64,000 bases of DNA from Patescibacteria group bacterium (GCA_034716415.1 JAYEJB010000043.1:705-64704), one strand, 5' to 3'; positions 37,764 through 47,686 are shown, counted from the first letter of the stretch. The notes: a model not told the origin generated them from the letters alone. Translations and numbers: made by a program.

Positions 37764-38354
37764 ATGAAACACTTATCCGACCTGTGGGCTTTCTTGAAAG
37801 ATGCGGTGTCGTTCCTTTTCGTCGGCAACCTCGACGATGACTTCGTTCTCGATCTTAAGGATTGGGACGCACTCAACAGACCTCCGACCGTCAGGATTCC
37901 ACCGCGCAAGAAACATGTCGGCGAGACCGGACCCGATTGGAGGCCACATTGTGACCACGAGCCGGATTCCGGAGCCGTATGCGTGACGGTGTCAGGTTTC
38001 GAGACGACCGTCATCATTCCGGATGACGTAAAATGCTGTAAGGAATGTTTCGAGAGCTGGCTCAACCTGCACGCGACGACATGCTCGGTCTGCGGTGAAC
38101 CTATCCTGACTTTCAAGTCGGTCGCGGAGATATCGCCGTTTTCGAACCCGCCGTTCGCTCACATGCGGCCCATGTGCTGTCGGTATCCGAGCAAGTACTG
38201 CGGCATGTGGGGTCCGGGGAGGCTTATATCCCTACACGAGCTCCACCCCGATCAGATCTCTCCCGGAACACGCACGATCGCCGACCATGCAATGCAAAAA
38301 AATCCGGGTGAACCGTGGTTCGAGGGCTGGAACGCAAAGATGAAACCCAACTGA
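37764..38354 (+). CDS. Cys-rich hypothetical protein (putative Zn-binding)
   Basis: CCKEC, CSVC and further Cys; AAAGGAG RBS. Confidence 0.65.
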   Translation: MKHLSDLWAFLKDAVSFLFVGNLDDDFVLDLKDWDALNRPPTVRIPPRKKHVGETGPDWRPHCDHEPDSGAVCVTVSGFETTVIIPDDVKCCKECFESWLNLHATTCSVCGEPILTFKSVAEISPFSNPPFAHMRPMCCRYPSKYCGMWGPGRLISLHELHPDQISPGTRTIADHAMQKNPGEPWFEGWNAKMKPN

Positions 38355-38576
38355 TACGTGACCGACTGATATGGTCGGTCTTTTTTTGCGGTTGGATCTC
38401 AATGGTCAGCGGCGGGACCGAAGGCAGGAGGCAGAAAGTCATAATTTATGAACCCTCCACCTTCTCCCGCTTTTGCCCCTATTCCCGCTTCTCCCGCTCT
38501 ATCTTACTCCCGTCCATTGACAATTTCCTCGGCGGATGATAAACAGCAACCTTGACCTTTAGACAGGGAGGAACGG

Positions 38577-39257
38577 ATGAGACATCTAGCGATATTGATG
38601 ACCGTGGCTTTGCTGGCCGGTTGCGCTTCGTTCGCGTCAGGCCTACGGGAAGCCCCGAGACAACCGGACCGATACGCCACACCGGCGACGGTCGACGGCG
38701 ACACCAGTGGCTCGCCGGAAAATCCGAGTTATCCATCGCCGCTGACTTCATGTGGTGTGGAGCTCGCGCATAACGGGTATTGGAGACTGCTCGACGAGCA
38801 TGACATCATTCCCCTGCCCGACGACAGAGGTGTGATGTCCAGCTATCTGGTCAGGGATTGCGAGCCGGACGTACCGGGCGACGATCTCACGTACGGTCAG
38901 TGCCGGTCTCGAATCATGATTATCCCGACCGGCGGTGAATCCCCGACTGAAGTTCTCCATGCCATGTACGGAATGGTCGAAGATGTCGACTTTCTGAGCG
39001 ACTTCGGCTGTGTGGAAGGTGTGGGGCCCGATGCGGCGTGGTTCTCGTACCGAGACAGCGGCATGCGGGGACTCGCGTGGGGAATACTGACGGATGCTGA
39101 CGACGAACACTCCGGCGTCATCGCTGTCGGAGAGTGGCCTTCACACGGCCGCAACCTGATGGAATCGCAGTTCTCTGAGATTGTGCGCAGCATGCGCGTG
39201 ATTGACCATGAGACTTGTCTCCTGACCGATGTCGAGATGGAACGCATCGACGAGTAG
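38577..39257 (+). CDS. lipoprotein (paralog family 1)
   Basis: Lipobox 'LAGC'; C-terminal 'GVIAVGEWPS'. Confidence 0.75.
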   Translation: MRHLAILMTVALLAGCASFASGLREAPRQPDRYATPATVDGDTSGSPENPSYPSPLTSCGVELAHNGYWRLLDEHDIIPLPDDRGVMSSYLVRDCEPDVPGDDLTYGQCRSRIMIIPTGGESPTEVLHAMYGMVEDVDFLSDFGCVEGVGPDAAWFSYRDSGMRGLAWGILTDADDEHSGVIAVGEWPSHGRNLMESQFSEIVRSMRVIDHETCLLTDVEMERIDE

Positions 39258-39413
39258 CGGCCAGCGACGACACAAACCCGGCTCCGGCCGGTTTTTTTTG
39301 AAATCAAGCCTGTTTTGGCGATTCTGTGGACAATCACTTGAAACCCGCCCCCCGACATGATTCCATGCAGACACGGTCCTTTCACTCGAACGGAAGACGA
39401 AAGAGGTATCAAA

Positions 39414-40043
39414 ATGAAAAGGTTGACGTGGACCCTGATCGTGGTCACCGCGCTTGTCGCCGGCAGTTGTGCCGCAGGCATTCGAGGTGGAATCGCCGCC
39501 CCGGGCGATGAAGAAGCAGTCCCCGAAAGACATGCTCCGACGCTGGTCTATGCCGGCGACAGGAGTACGGTCGCATGCGGATACGAGGCCGATCACTACT
39601 TCAGACAATTCCGGTTCGGCGACATCTCGCTTTCGCTCCGCGTTCCCGACAGGTGGGTCGCCTACATTAGCGAGGAAGCAGACGGTATCTCGCTGCAGAA
39701 TCCCGACCTTGATGCCGGTATGCTGGTTACATGGTCAGAATATCCGTACTTAGAGGTGGAGTCGATCCACGAAGACGCGGAAGCCTTGCCGAACATCGAG
39801 GCGTCACCGCTATTGATGGATCTGGGCGCCCGGCACGAGACCACGTTCTCGTACACACGTGAGGACGGTGTCTCCGGTATGTTCTACGGCCTGCTGACCA
39901 GGCACGACAATCCCGAATCCGGAATCGTGATCGGTGGAGACTGGGCCTCCGAACACAGCGACGCCGGAAGGTGTGCCATGTTGAGCGTCGGTGCCAGCAT
40001 CGTCATCACGCAGACGCCCCCACCCTGTCCGCCCAGTGGTTGA
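39414..40043 (+). CDS. lipoprotein (paralog family 1)
   Basis: 'VAGSC' lipobox; C-terminal 'GIVIGGDWAS'. Confidence 0.75.
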   Translation: MKRLTWTLIVVTALVAGSCAAGIRGGIAAPGDEEAVPERHAPTLVYAGDRSTVACGYEADHYFRQFRFGDISLSLRVPDRWVAYISEEADGISLQNPDLDAGMLVTWSEYPYLEVESIHEDAEALPNIEASPLLMDLGARHETTFSYTREDGVSGMFYGLLTRHDNPESGIVIGGDWASEHSDAGRCAMLSVGASIVITQTPPPCPPSG

Positions 40044-40211
40044 TGGCGTCCGAAGCAGACCCTTCGGTCGGAGGGGTAGGCAGTCAGTCATGAATCACGG
40101 ACCGCAAACAGCGGTCCTTTTTTATTCTCATTGACTTCAATCCCGAAGTCTGATATTCAATAATATCGTAGCTGAATCCAGAATGGTTCTTTCATGACCA
40201 AGGAGGTTCAG

Positions 40212-40373
40212 ATGTTCAAATCAATGCTAATCGCCATTGTGGTCTGTTTGTGCGTCGGCTGCTCAAGCATCATGAGCGGTGTGCCGAATGCGCGCGCCTA
40301 TGACAAGAGTGAGGTGATGAGCTCCACCCCCATCGCGGAATCGGTCGAGCAGGCCGAACCGTGCGAGGACTGA
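40212..40373 (+). CDS. small lipoprotein (53 aa, below ORF-track cutoff)
   Basis: AAGGAGGT RBS; MFKSMLIAIVVCLCVGC lipobox; TTGACT promoter at 40131. Confidence 0.65.
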   Translation: MFKSMLIAIVVCLCVGCSSIMSGVPNARAYDKSEVMSSTPIAESVEQAEPCED

Positions 40374-40543
40374 CGTCTACGGACGAATACGACCGCCCCA
40401 TCCTGATTCCGGCCCCACCTCCTTTCTTTTGGCCCCGACAGGGCAAACCGCGTACTTCCTGTAATGCGCGGTTTTTTGTACGCTCGCACCCCCTATGCTA
40501 AGGTCAAATTAAGTCCTTTCACCACGAGAAAAAGGAGTCGAAG

Positions 40544-41221
40544 ATGAGATACGGGCGAATCATTTTGATGATGGTTCTCGCATCCGCACTGGCGATGGGT
40601 TGCGCGACGACGGGAGCGAGGCAAGATACGGAAACGACACCTGTTCTGCCACCACTACCACAGGAGGACAGCGAAGAGGATTTCATCCAGACCGACGACA
40701 GCGAGGAAGAGCAGACCCCCGAAGGACCGATCGACAACGTCAGCGTGCCGGACGTAGATGGTTGGGATCACGCCGTGGAGGGCGCGGAGGTCGTCTATAC
40801 GCACCGCCGTACCAGGTCTCAGATGATATTCTCCTTCGCGCTCGCCGAGACCGGTACCCCAGAAGAGATCATCGAGGAAGTCTGGATCCGCGAAGTCGAA
40901 TCCTCGCTGGGCAACGACCGCATGGACATCAACATGCCGATGACGATGGAGATCGAGGGTCGGGACATGTCGATGTTCACCAGGATCGAGGAGCGCGACG
41001 ATGGCGTCCGGATCACATCCGTGTTTCTCTGCTTCGAAAGCGAGCATCCGGTACTGCATATCGTCATGTTCGGTTACTGGCCGGAGCTCCTGGATGCGCA
41101 AATGCTGCAGGCACTCGAGACGATATCGCGAGGGATCAGAGTCCGAGTCGCCGGGCCGGACGGTCCGCCGCCGGAGCCGGAGTTGGACCGCGGAGGCAAC
41201 GAAGAGCCGGACGGCACCTGA
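40544..41221 (+). CDS. lipoprotein (paralog family 1)
   Basis: 'AMGC' lipobox; C-terminal 'HIVMFGYWPE'. Confidence 0.75.
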   Translation: MRYGRIILMMVLASALAMGCATTGARQDTETTPVLPPLPQEDSEEDFIQTDDSEEEQTPEGPIDNVSVPDVDGWDHAVEGAEVVYTHRRTRSQMIFSFALAETGTPEEIIEEVWIREVESSLGNDRMDINMPMTMEIEGRDMSMFTRIEERDDGVRITSVFLCFESEHPVLHIVMFGYWPELLDAQMLQALETISRGIRVRVAGPDGPPPEPELDRGGNEEPDGT

Positions 41222-41306
41222 CATGAGAGCGACCCTTTCGGGACCGATCAAAAGACCCCGTTCTGGCATGAACGGGGTCTCTTTTTTATTGCTCCAGTTG
41301 TCGTAC

Positions 41307-42062
41307 TTAGAGGGCCGACTCGATCATCAGCTTGAGCTGGCTGTACGGGACAGCACCTGGGACGAGTTGCGGCTCACCGTTCTTAGAGATGATGAGCGTG
41401 CCGGGAGTTCCCCTGACACCGGTCACCTCTCCACCTTGAGCGTCAGAACTCACCTTGTCCGCGTACTTGTCGCTTTCGATACAACTCCTGAACTGGTTCA
41501 TCTTCAAGCCCAAGTCGCCCGCTATTTCCTCGTAGAGATCATTACTGAATGAACCCTGGCTCGTGAACAGGTCGTGTACGAACTCGAAGAATTTACCCTG
41601 CTCGCCGGCACACTCGGAAGCATTGGCCGCAGAGGCGGCGTTCGAATGGAATGACAGCGGAAAGTGCCTGATCGTCGCCCTGACCTGACCGTCGAAATCC
41701 TCGAGCGCCTGCTCGAATGTCGAGTGGAACCTACTGCAGTACGGGCACTCGAAGTCAGTGTAGGTGATGAGCGTGACGTCCGCGTCAGCCGGTCCGATAA
41801 CGTAGTCGCTGTCCCCTATCGGGATGATAGTACCGACAGTAGGTCCGTCATCCTGCGGCGGTGCCGGAACGGTGTCGGCGACTTCCGTCGGATCATCCAC
41901 CTCTTCGGCTGCGGCGACCGGCGCGCCGAGCCCGGCGTCACCGTTCATTATCATACCGAGAAGCACGAAAAAACCGATCGTGCAGAGCACCAGTACGCCA
42001 CCCACCATTCCGAGGGCAAAACTGGTCTTCGGTGAGAGCTTTACTCCCTGATTTTGTGACAT
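41307..42062 (-). CDS. DsbA-family thiol-disulfide oxidoreductase
   Basis: 'DFECPYC', 'RHFPL', 'GVRGTP', N-terminal TM. Confidence 0.92.
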   Translation of the reverse strand: MSQNQGVKLSPKTSFALGMVGGVLVLCTIGFFVLLGMIMNGDAGLGAPVAAAEEVDDPTEVADTVPAPPQDDGPTVGTIIPIGDSDYVIGPADADVTLITYTDFECPYCSRFHSTFEQALEDFDGQVRATIRHFPLSFHSNAASAANASECAGEQGKFFEFVHDLFTSQGSFSNDLYEEIAGDLGLKMNQFRSCIESDKYADKVSSDAQGGEVTGVRGTPGTLIISKNGEPQLVPGAVPYSQLKLMIESAL

Positions 42063-42151
42063 ATTACGTCTAGTTACGTATTCAAACGGGCCTGGAGCCC
42101 GATAATCTATCGTCTCGACATATTAGCAGTCTAACCTTGCGACTGCAAATC

Positions 42152-42400
42152 CTATATCTGACGCTTCTCGAATGACATCCTGTAACCGGCAACCAGCGCA
42201 ATCAGAACGGCCACGAGAACGAAATGAGGGAAAATAATCGTTACGGGGATTAATACGATCAGCGGCACCGTGAACATCGCCTTGCCGAACTTTTGACGCA
42301 CCGCCAATCGCCAGGCGACGGCATCATGAGCGAGCTTCTTCACCTTATCGACGAAGTCACTTCCCGCCCCGGTCTCTTGTCGTCTCATATAAAATTCCAT
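42152..42400 (-). CDS. DUF4342-like small membrane protein
   Basis: 'VDKVKKL...RLAVRQ...FTVPL' followed by a hydrophobic hairpin. Confidence 0.65.
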   Translation of the reverse strand: MEFYMRRQETGAGSDFVDKVKKLAHDAVAWRLAVRQKFGKAMFTVPLIVLIPVTIIFPHFVLVAVLIALVAGYRMSFEKRQI

Positions 42401-42426
42401 TAATTATCTGTCGCAATTCTACCATT

Positions 42427-42520
42427 AAAAATAGCCCCGGCAAAGGGACTTGGTCATCCGCGGCGGACAGGGTCGTATCCTGAATTCGATATGAGCCGTC
42501 ATTTCAGCCACTCGGGCACA
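42427..42520 (-). ncRNA. candidate ~95-nt small RNA
   Basis: TTGACA-17bp-TATTAT promoter (42555-42527) and intrinsic terminator (42450-42427) with no credible ORF between them. Confidence 0.4.
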
Positions 42521-42640
42521 ATTACGATAATATCACTTCTCCTATATTTTGTCAAGAGGTGTTGACAAATATCGTAATCATGTACCAATATTTCGCTCTG
42601 TTCAGCAATAATCTACCTATCTATTTTGTCACAGCTAGTG

Positions 42641-43654
42641 TCATTCCTCAACCTCCTCAAACCTGAAGAAAATCCGTTCATCGTAGCGCAGATCCACATA
42701 TTCGAGTTCGGCCCTGCGTTCTCCTATCTTTTCCTTGAGAACAAGCGCCAGCCGTTCCTTCTGCACATCGAATGGCAGTAAGGTCGTCAGATAGACATTC
42801 CACTCGGACTTAAGGTGAACGTCCACGGTATCGGCCAGCGTGTCGAGCGAGAACCACCTGACCCCCGAACCGGTCACATCCGGAAGTCCGGTATATGCGT
42901 TCAGGATCAGCTGAAGTGCCTCGCCGGAAACGACCTGGTCACCGGGTGAAAGTCGGCCCCCCGCATCCTTCCGTTCCAATACTAACGGATTCGGATTGTC
43001 GTTTTTCCTGATCTCATCCGAATCAGGCTCCTCGCCGCTGATCTCGTCGATATCGACGGATTCGGCACCGAGCTCACCGGTCACCACGGCACCCATGCCC
43101 TCGGGCAGGTCCTGCATCATCAGTGTCTCACGTTCGGTCAGGTTCCTGACGATGTGCCCGTCACCATCGAGCGCCATGAACCGGCCTTCGGACAGGAACG
43201 TCGCCACCACCTGCTTCTCGCTGATCTCGATGACAAGCGAATCCGGCAGGCGCTTGCGGATATCAAGCGCGCCGAAATAGAACCTCTCGCGCATGTCTTC
43301 GGTCGCGGCCTCCCTGTCGAACATGAAAATCGACGCCTGCGGTAGGACGAGCGCCCGACGCTTGCCGGATCTTTCATTGACGATATCCCTGATGACCACC
43401 TCCGTGTCAGGCGAGGCTCCGATGACTTCAACGTTCTCTATCCTGAATGTCTGGCTCCAAAACAGATACCAGGAAAGAAGTACCAATAACGCCACGACCA
43501 ACACCGCTATAGCTCCGAGCTTAACGTGGGACAATTCGATGCCTGACTTGCCTCGACCGCGCCTGCTCTGCCTGAACAGTGGATTCCCGTAGCGACTCTT
43601 GCTGTAATCGCGCATCCTCCCGCGGTTCGATTTGCCGTGATATACCTTCTTCAT
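42641..43654 (-). CDS. ftsQ: cell division protein FtsQ/DivIB-like
   Basis: Basic N-tail, TM, POTRA ('F.I..VEVIG', 'LPDSLVIEISE'), C-terminal 'YVDLRY'; next to ddl. Confidence 0.8.
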   Translation of the reverse strand: MKKVYHGKSNRGRMRDYSKSRYGNPLFRQSRRGRGKSGIELSHVKLGAIAVLVVALLVLLSWYLFWSQTFRIENVEVIGASPDTEVVIRDIVNERSGKRRALVLPQASIFMFDREAATEDMRERFYFGALDIRKRLPDSLVIEISEKQVVATFLSEGRFMALDGDGHIVRNLTERETLMMQDLPEGMGAVVTGELGAESVDIDEISGEEPDSDEIRKNDNPNPLVLERKDAGGRLSPGDQVVSGEALQLILNAYTGLPDVTGSGVRWFSLDTLADTVDVHLKSEWNVYLTTLLPFDVQKERLALVLKEKIGERRAELEYVDLRYDERIFFRFEEVEE

Positions 43655-43663
43655 CGGATGAAT

Positions 43664-44746
43664 TTAGCTGAAATTCCTCTTAAGTCTACTTCGACGCTTT
43701 GCTCTGGCGAACGCGAGCCGCACAATCTTATCCAACAGCCTGGAATACGAAAGCCCGGAAGCGGCCCACAACCGCGGAAACATGCTGAACTTGGTGAATC
43801 CGGGCATCGTGTTGATCTCGTTGAGATAATGATTACCCGCGCTATCCATGAGGAAATCCACCCTAGCGAGACCCTCGGCCTCAAGGATGCGGAACGCCTG
43901 AAGCGCCTGCTTCCGCATCTTGTCCGCTCTCTTATCCGGCAACTCAGCCGGGATGACGAGACCGCTTTTACCGGTCAGGTATTTCGCGGAATAATCGTAG
44001 AATTCGTTGCTCGGAATTATCTCTCCCAACACGCTGGCGATGGGATGGTTGTTGCCGAGAATCGCGCATTCTATCTCCCGGGCGTCCTCGACGACCCGCT
44101 CGATGATGATCTTCTCGTCGTATTTCAGCGCCTCCTTTATGCCCGCTGTCAGTTCTTTCCTGTTGTGGGCTTTCGTGATACCGACAGAGGAGCCGAGGTT
44201 GACCGGTTTGACGAAATTCGGAAAGCCGAATCGATGGGCGGCGCGACGGATGATCTTCTGTCCGTCCGCTTCCCACTCGAATCGTTTAAAAGAGATGAAG
44301 TCGACCGTCGGTATTCCTGCTTCCGCCAGCAGCACTTTCGAGACCGCCTTATCCATCCCGATTGACGAACCCGGCACACCGCTCCCCACATACGGGATTC
44401 CGGCTATCTCGAACAATCCCTGGATCGCACCGTCCTCACCGTAAGTCCCGTGCATCACGGCGAACGCGATATCGATCCGTTCCGCCAGTCTTCCCGAGAG
44501 CGTGCGAAGCCGACGTTCAGCCGGACAGGACGGGAAGATCCGACGACCGCCCTGCCGTCCCCGTGCGCCGCCGGCCAGGATCCTGTAATCCACGTACCAG
44601 ATACCGTCTTTCGCGATGCGGATCGGAACGATGTCGTAGCGCTTCTTGTTGAAAGCGGCTACGACGGATTTGGCTGAGGCTATCGACACTTCATGCTCGC
44701 CGGACCTTCCGCCGAACACGACCGCTAATGATATCCGTTTAGCCAT
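43664..44746 (-). CDS. ddl: D-alanine--D-alanine ligase
   Basis: 'FGGRSGEHEVS', 'HGTYGEDG', 'GSSVG', 'NEINTMPGFT'. Confidence 0.97.
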   Translation of the reverse strand: MAKRISLAVVFGGRSGEHEVSIASAKSVVAAFNKKRYDIVPIRIAKDGIWYVDYRILAGGARGRQGGRRIFPSCPAERRLRTLSGRLAERIDIAFAVMHGTYGEDGAIQGLFEIAGIPYVGSGVPGSSIGMDKAVSKVLLAEAGIPTVDFISFKRFEWEADGQKIIRRAAHRFGFPNFVKPVNLGSSVGITKAHNRKELTAGIKEALKYDEKIIIERVVEDAREIECAILGNNHPIASVLGEIIPSNEFYDYSAKYLTGKSGLVIPAELPDKRADKMRKQALQAFRILEAEGLARVDFLMDSAGNHYLNEINTMPGFTKFSMFPRLWAASGLSYSRLLDKIVRLAFARAKRRSRLKRNFS

Positions 44747-44755
44747 ATCGTCTGA

Positions 44756-45898
44756 TTAGTCCACCAGAATCCGAGGCAGTGTCGGGTTGATCCTCGTCAC
44801 CACTTCATAGTTGATGGTTCCGATCCTGTCAGCAAGTTCTTCCGCGGTTATCTCCTCCCGGTTCTGTCTACCTAGTATCACCACTTCGTTCTCGACCTTC
44901 ACTCCGCGCATGTCGGTGACATCGACGACGCACATATTCATGCAAATCCGACCAAGCACCTTAGCTCGCTCGCCGTGAATGAGGACGTTGCCCACCGATG
45001 ACATCTTCCTGTCATACCCGTCCCAGTATCCTACCGGCACGACCGCGCCGATAGTGTCCCTGGTCACTCTTTCGGTCAGTCCGTAACTCACCGGGGTCCC
45101 CTTCTTGATCTTCTTGACCTGCGCGACCGAGCTTTTCCAGGTCATCGCCGGCTTGAGTCGAATCTTTTTCCCCGAATCCAGCACAGCGCGCCGCGTGACT
45201 CCGGATGACCATAGGCCGTATAGGGATATTCCGGCACGCACGATATCGAAATGGGTCTCCGGATACATCAGGATGGCCGCACTACAGGCCGTGTGAAGCA
45301 TCTCGGGCGGACGTCCGGCTTCAGTCGCCATCCTGACCGCGTCCCTGAACTTACTCAACTGCTTCATGGCATAGCTCGAATCGTTCGTGTCTTCAATGTT
45401 CGCGTAATGCGTGGACATCCCCTCAAGCTTCAGGTTCGGTTGTTTGGCGATGAAACGTATGAACGAAGACATCTCTTCGGGGCAGACGCCCTGTCTTGAG
45501 GTTCCGGTCTCCACTTTGACATGAATCTTGGCCGGATTACGTTTCGAAGCCGCGTGCGACAGGCCAGACACGGTCTCCCTGTCGTAGACCACTTGACTGA
45601 ATCCCTGGCGAACCACCCTCGCGAGAGCCTTCGACGGCGTAAAACCCATGATCAATACCGGCTTCTTGTTCGAGACAGCTGACCGTACGGCTTCGGCTTC
45701 CGGCAGTGAATCCACACCGAACCAGTCCGCAACACTTCCGACCGAGCGAACCGTCTCCTTGATTCCATGTCCGTAGGCGTTCGATTTGACCACGGCCATG
45801 AAACGCGTACCGGAACCGATGCAACGCTTCAACTCACCGGCGTTATGCCGGAGCGCGGATTTTGATACTTCGACCCAAGTGCGGGTTGATGGGTTCAT
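44756..45898 (-). CDS. alr: alanine racemase
   Basis: 'AVVKSNAYGHG', 'HVKVETG', 'VSYG', 'GRICMN', 'TINYE'. Confidence 0.97.
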   Translation of the reverse strand: MNPSTRTWVEVSKSALRHNAGELKRCIGSGTRFMAVVKSNAYGHGIKETVRSVGSVADWFGVDSLPEAEAVRSAVSNKKPVLIMGFTPSKALARVVRQGFSQVVYDRETVSGLSHAASKRNPAKIHVKVETGTSRQGVCPEEMSSFIRFIAKQPNLKLEGMSTHYANIEDTNDSSYAMKQLSKFRDAVRMATEAGRPPEMLHTACSAAILMYPETHFDIVRAGISLYGLWSSGVTRRAVLDSGKKIRLKPAMTWKSSVAQVKKIKKGTPVSYGLTERVTRDTIGAVVPVGYWDGYDRKMSSVGNVLIHGERAKVLGRICMNMCVVDVTDMRGVKVENEVVILGRQNREEITAEELADRIGTINYEVVTRINPTLPRILVD

Positions 45899-45905
45899 AT
45901 TTTTC

Positions 45906-46202
45906 TTTCTGTGGCGGGGCAGGGGCCCCTCCTGCGTAGTTGACCGGTCTTAGGGAGCTTCGCTTCGCTCTGGTGAAATCCGTGCAAGTGAGGTGTGGTT
46001 TCTGTGGCGGGGCAGGGGCCCCTCCATCCAGACTGACCGCTCCTAGGGAGCTTCGCTTCGCTCTGGTGTTGTGGCGGACCAGGGGGTCCTCCGCTGATAC
46101 TGACCGCTCCTAGGGTGGTTCGCATTGCTCTGGTGTTGTGGCGGACCAGGGGGTCCTCCGCTGATACTGACCGCTCCTAGGGTGGTTCGCATTCGCTCTG
46201 GG
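45906..46202. repeat. tandem array of four 67-70 bp units with variable 8-nt core
   Basis: tgtggcgg...ggg..cctcc-[N8]-tgaccg.tc.taggg...ttcgc.ttcgctctgg; units start at ~45906, 45999, 46069 and 46136. Confidence 0.9.
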
Positions 46203-46234
46203 AACTTCGTGCCAAGAGTGACGTGCTTTCTATG

Positions 46235-46362
46235 GTTCCCGGGTACATTCCTGTGTACAAGTCATACGACTTGCACACAGGAAGAACCCGGCAACTACTG
46301 CTCGGCTGACCGGCTTGCACACAGGAAGAACCCGGCAACTGGTGTTCGGCTGACCGACTTGC
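46235..46362. repeat. hairpin plus 44-bp tandem duplication
   Basis: ccgggtacattcctgtgtacaag pairs with cttgcacacaggaagaacccgg, which occurs twice (46270, 46314). Confidence 0.8.
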
Positions 46363-46369
46363 GTAATGG

Positions 46370-47686
46370 CTAGCGTTTCTCTATTACCTTCTTGCCATTC
46401 ATGAACGGCACAAGGACTTCCGGAATCGCGATGCTTCCGTCTTCTTTCTGATAGTTCTCCATGATGGCCACGAGCGCCCTACCGATCGCAATGGCGGTGG
46501 CGTCGTTCATGTGTGCGTGCTGTGTCTCACCGTCATTCCTGCGCACGCGCGTCCCGAGACGCCTAGCCTGATAATCCGTCATCAGATCGGCGGTGTGCGT
46601 CTCACGATACGCGTCCTGTCCGGGCATCCAGCATTCCATATCGATCTGTCTGGCATCCGGATCACCCATGTCTCCCGTGCAGATGGCGACTACTTGGTAC
46701 GGCAATTTGAGCGCCTGAAGCACGTGTTCCTGGATCGCAATGAAGAAGTCCTGCTCACCACAGGATTTCTCCGGCAGGGTGAACGATTCTATCTCGAGCT
46801 TGTCGAACTGGTGCAGGCGGATGATGCCGCGGATGTCCTTGCCGTACGATCCGGCCTCGCGCCTGAACGCCGGCGTGAACGCCGCATAGCGGAGAGGTAA
46901 ATCGTTCTCACGCAGTATCTCGTCCATGTGCATCGGTCCGAGCGTGTGTTCCGCACTGCCGATGAGATACAGGTCGTCGGACGCAATGTGATAGCGCTCC
47001 TCCTTGGGTTCCAACCTGGCCATACGCGCGAACACCTCCGGTCGGATCATCAACGGCGGCACGACCGGAATGAACGGTGTGTCCGGCACGTCGAGCTTGG
47101 CTTTCTTGATGATCTTACCCAGCGTCTTGCTGTCCGTAAGGACCGACATGACGAACTGCATCAGCGCGAACTGCATCAGGGCCAACCCCCCTTTCAGATA
47201 GACGAACCGGCTGCCGGTCACCTCTGCGGCGGACTTGGAGTCGATCACACCCAGCGCCTCACCCAACTCCACATGGTCTTTCGGATCGAACTTGAATTTC
47301 GCGGGCTTACCCACCTGACGAATCACCTTATTGCCCGATTCGTCCGGCCCGACCGGAACATCATCGAACGGTACGTTCGGCACGGCAAGAAGCAACTGTT
47401 CGTATCGGTCGACGGTCTCCTCCAGATCCTGCCCGGCGATCTTGAGACCTTCCTTGAGCTCACGCATCTCCGCTATCGCCTCTTTCTTTTCCTTGTCATC
47501 CTTCAACGATGCGATCTTTTCGCCGGCGATGTTCTGCGCGGCGCGCTTGGTCTCGACAGTGGCGATGAGCTCGCGCCTTTTCTCGTCGAGCTCAAGCAGA
47601 CGATCGATGTCGACCTCTACGCCTCGATTTTTCGCCCCCTCCTCGACCTTGTCGGGATTCTCTCTGATGAACTTGATATCTAACAT
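46370..47686 (-). CDS. serS: serine--tRNA ligase
   Basis: 'MLDIKFIRENP', 'FRREAGSYGKD', 'RLHQFDK', 'DYQARR'. Confidence 0.97.
   Translation of the reverse strand: MLDIKFIRENPDKVEEGAKNRGVEVDIDRLLELDEKRRELIATVETKRAAQNIAGEKIASLKDDKEKKEAIAEMRELKEGLKIAGQDLEETVDRYEQLLLAVPNVPFDDVPVGPDESGNKVIRQVGKPAKFKFDPKDHVELGEALGVIDSKSAAEVTGSRFVYLKGGLALMQFALMQFVMSVLTDSKTLGKIIKKAKLDVPDTPFIPVVPPLMIRPEVFARMARLEPKEERYHIASDDLYLIGSAEHTLGPMHMDEILRENDLPLRYAAFTPAFRREAGSYGKDIRGIIRLHQFDKLEIESFTLPEKSCGEQDFFIAIQEHVLQALKLPYQVVAICTGDMGDPDARQIDMECWMPGQDAYRETHTADLMTDYQARRLGTRVRRNDGETQHAHMNDATAIAIGRALVAIMENYQKEDGSIAIPEVLVPFMNGKKVIEKR

Noticed and set aside
40168-40200. c-di-AMP (ydaO) riboswitch suggested by GCTGAATCC
   Set aside because: The leader is too short and lacks the remaining conserved elements.
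24739-42400. Integron cassette array or prophage explaining the run of short unknown genes
   Set aside because: Mixed orientations, individual promoters and terminators, no attC-like repeats, no integrase or phage structural genes.
45906-46362. CRISPR array
   Set aside because: The conserved part is ~60 bp, the variable part is only 8 nt and is repeated, and there are no cas genes.
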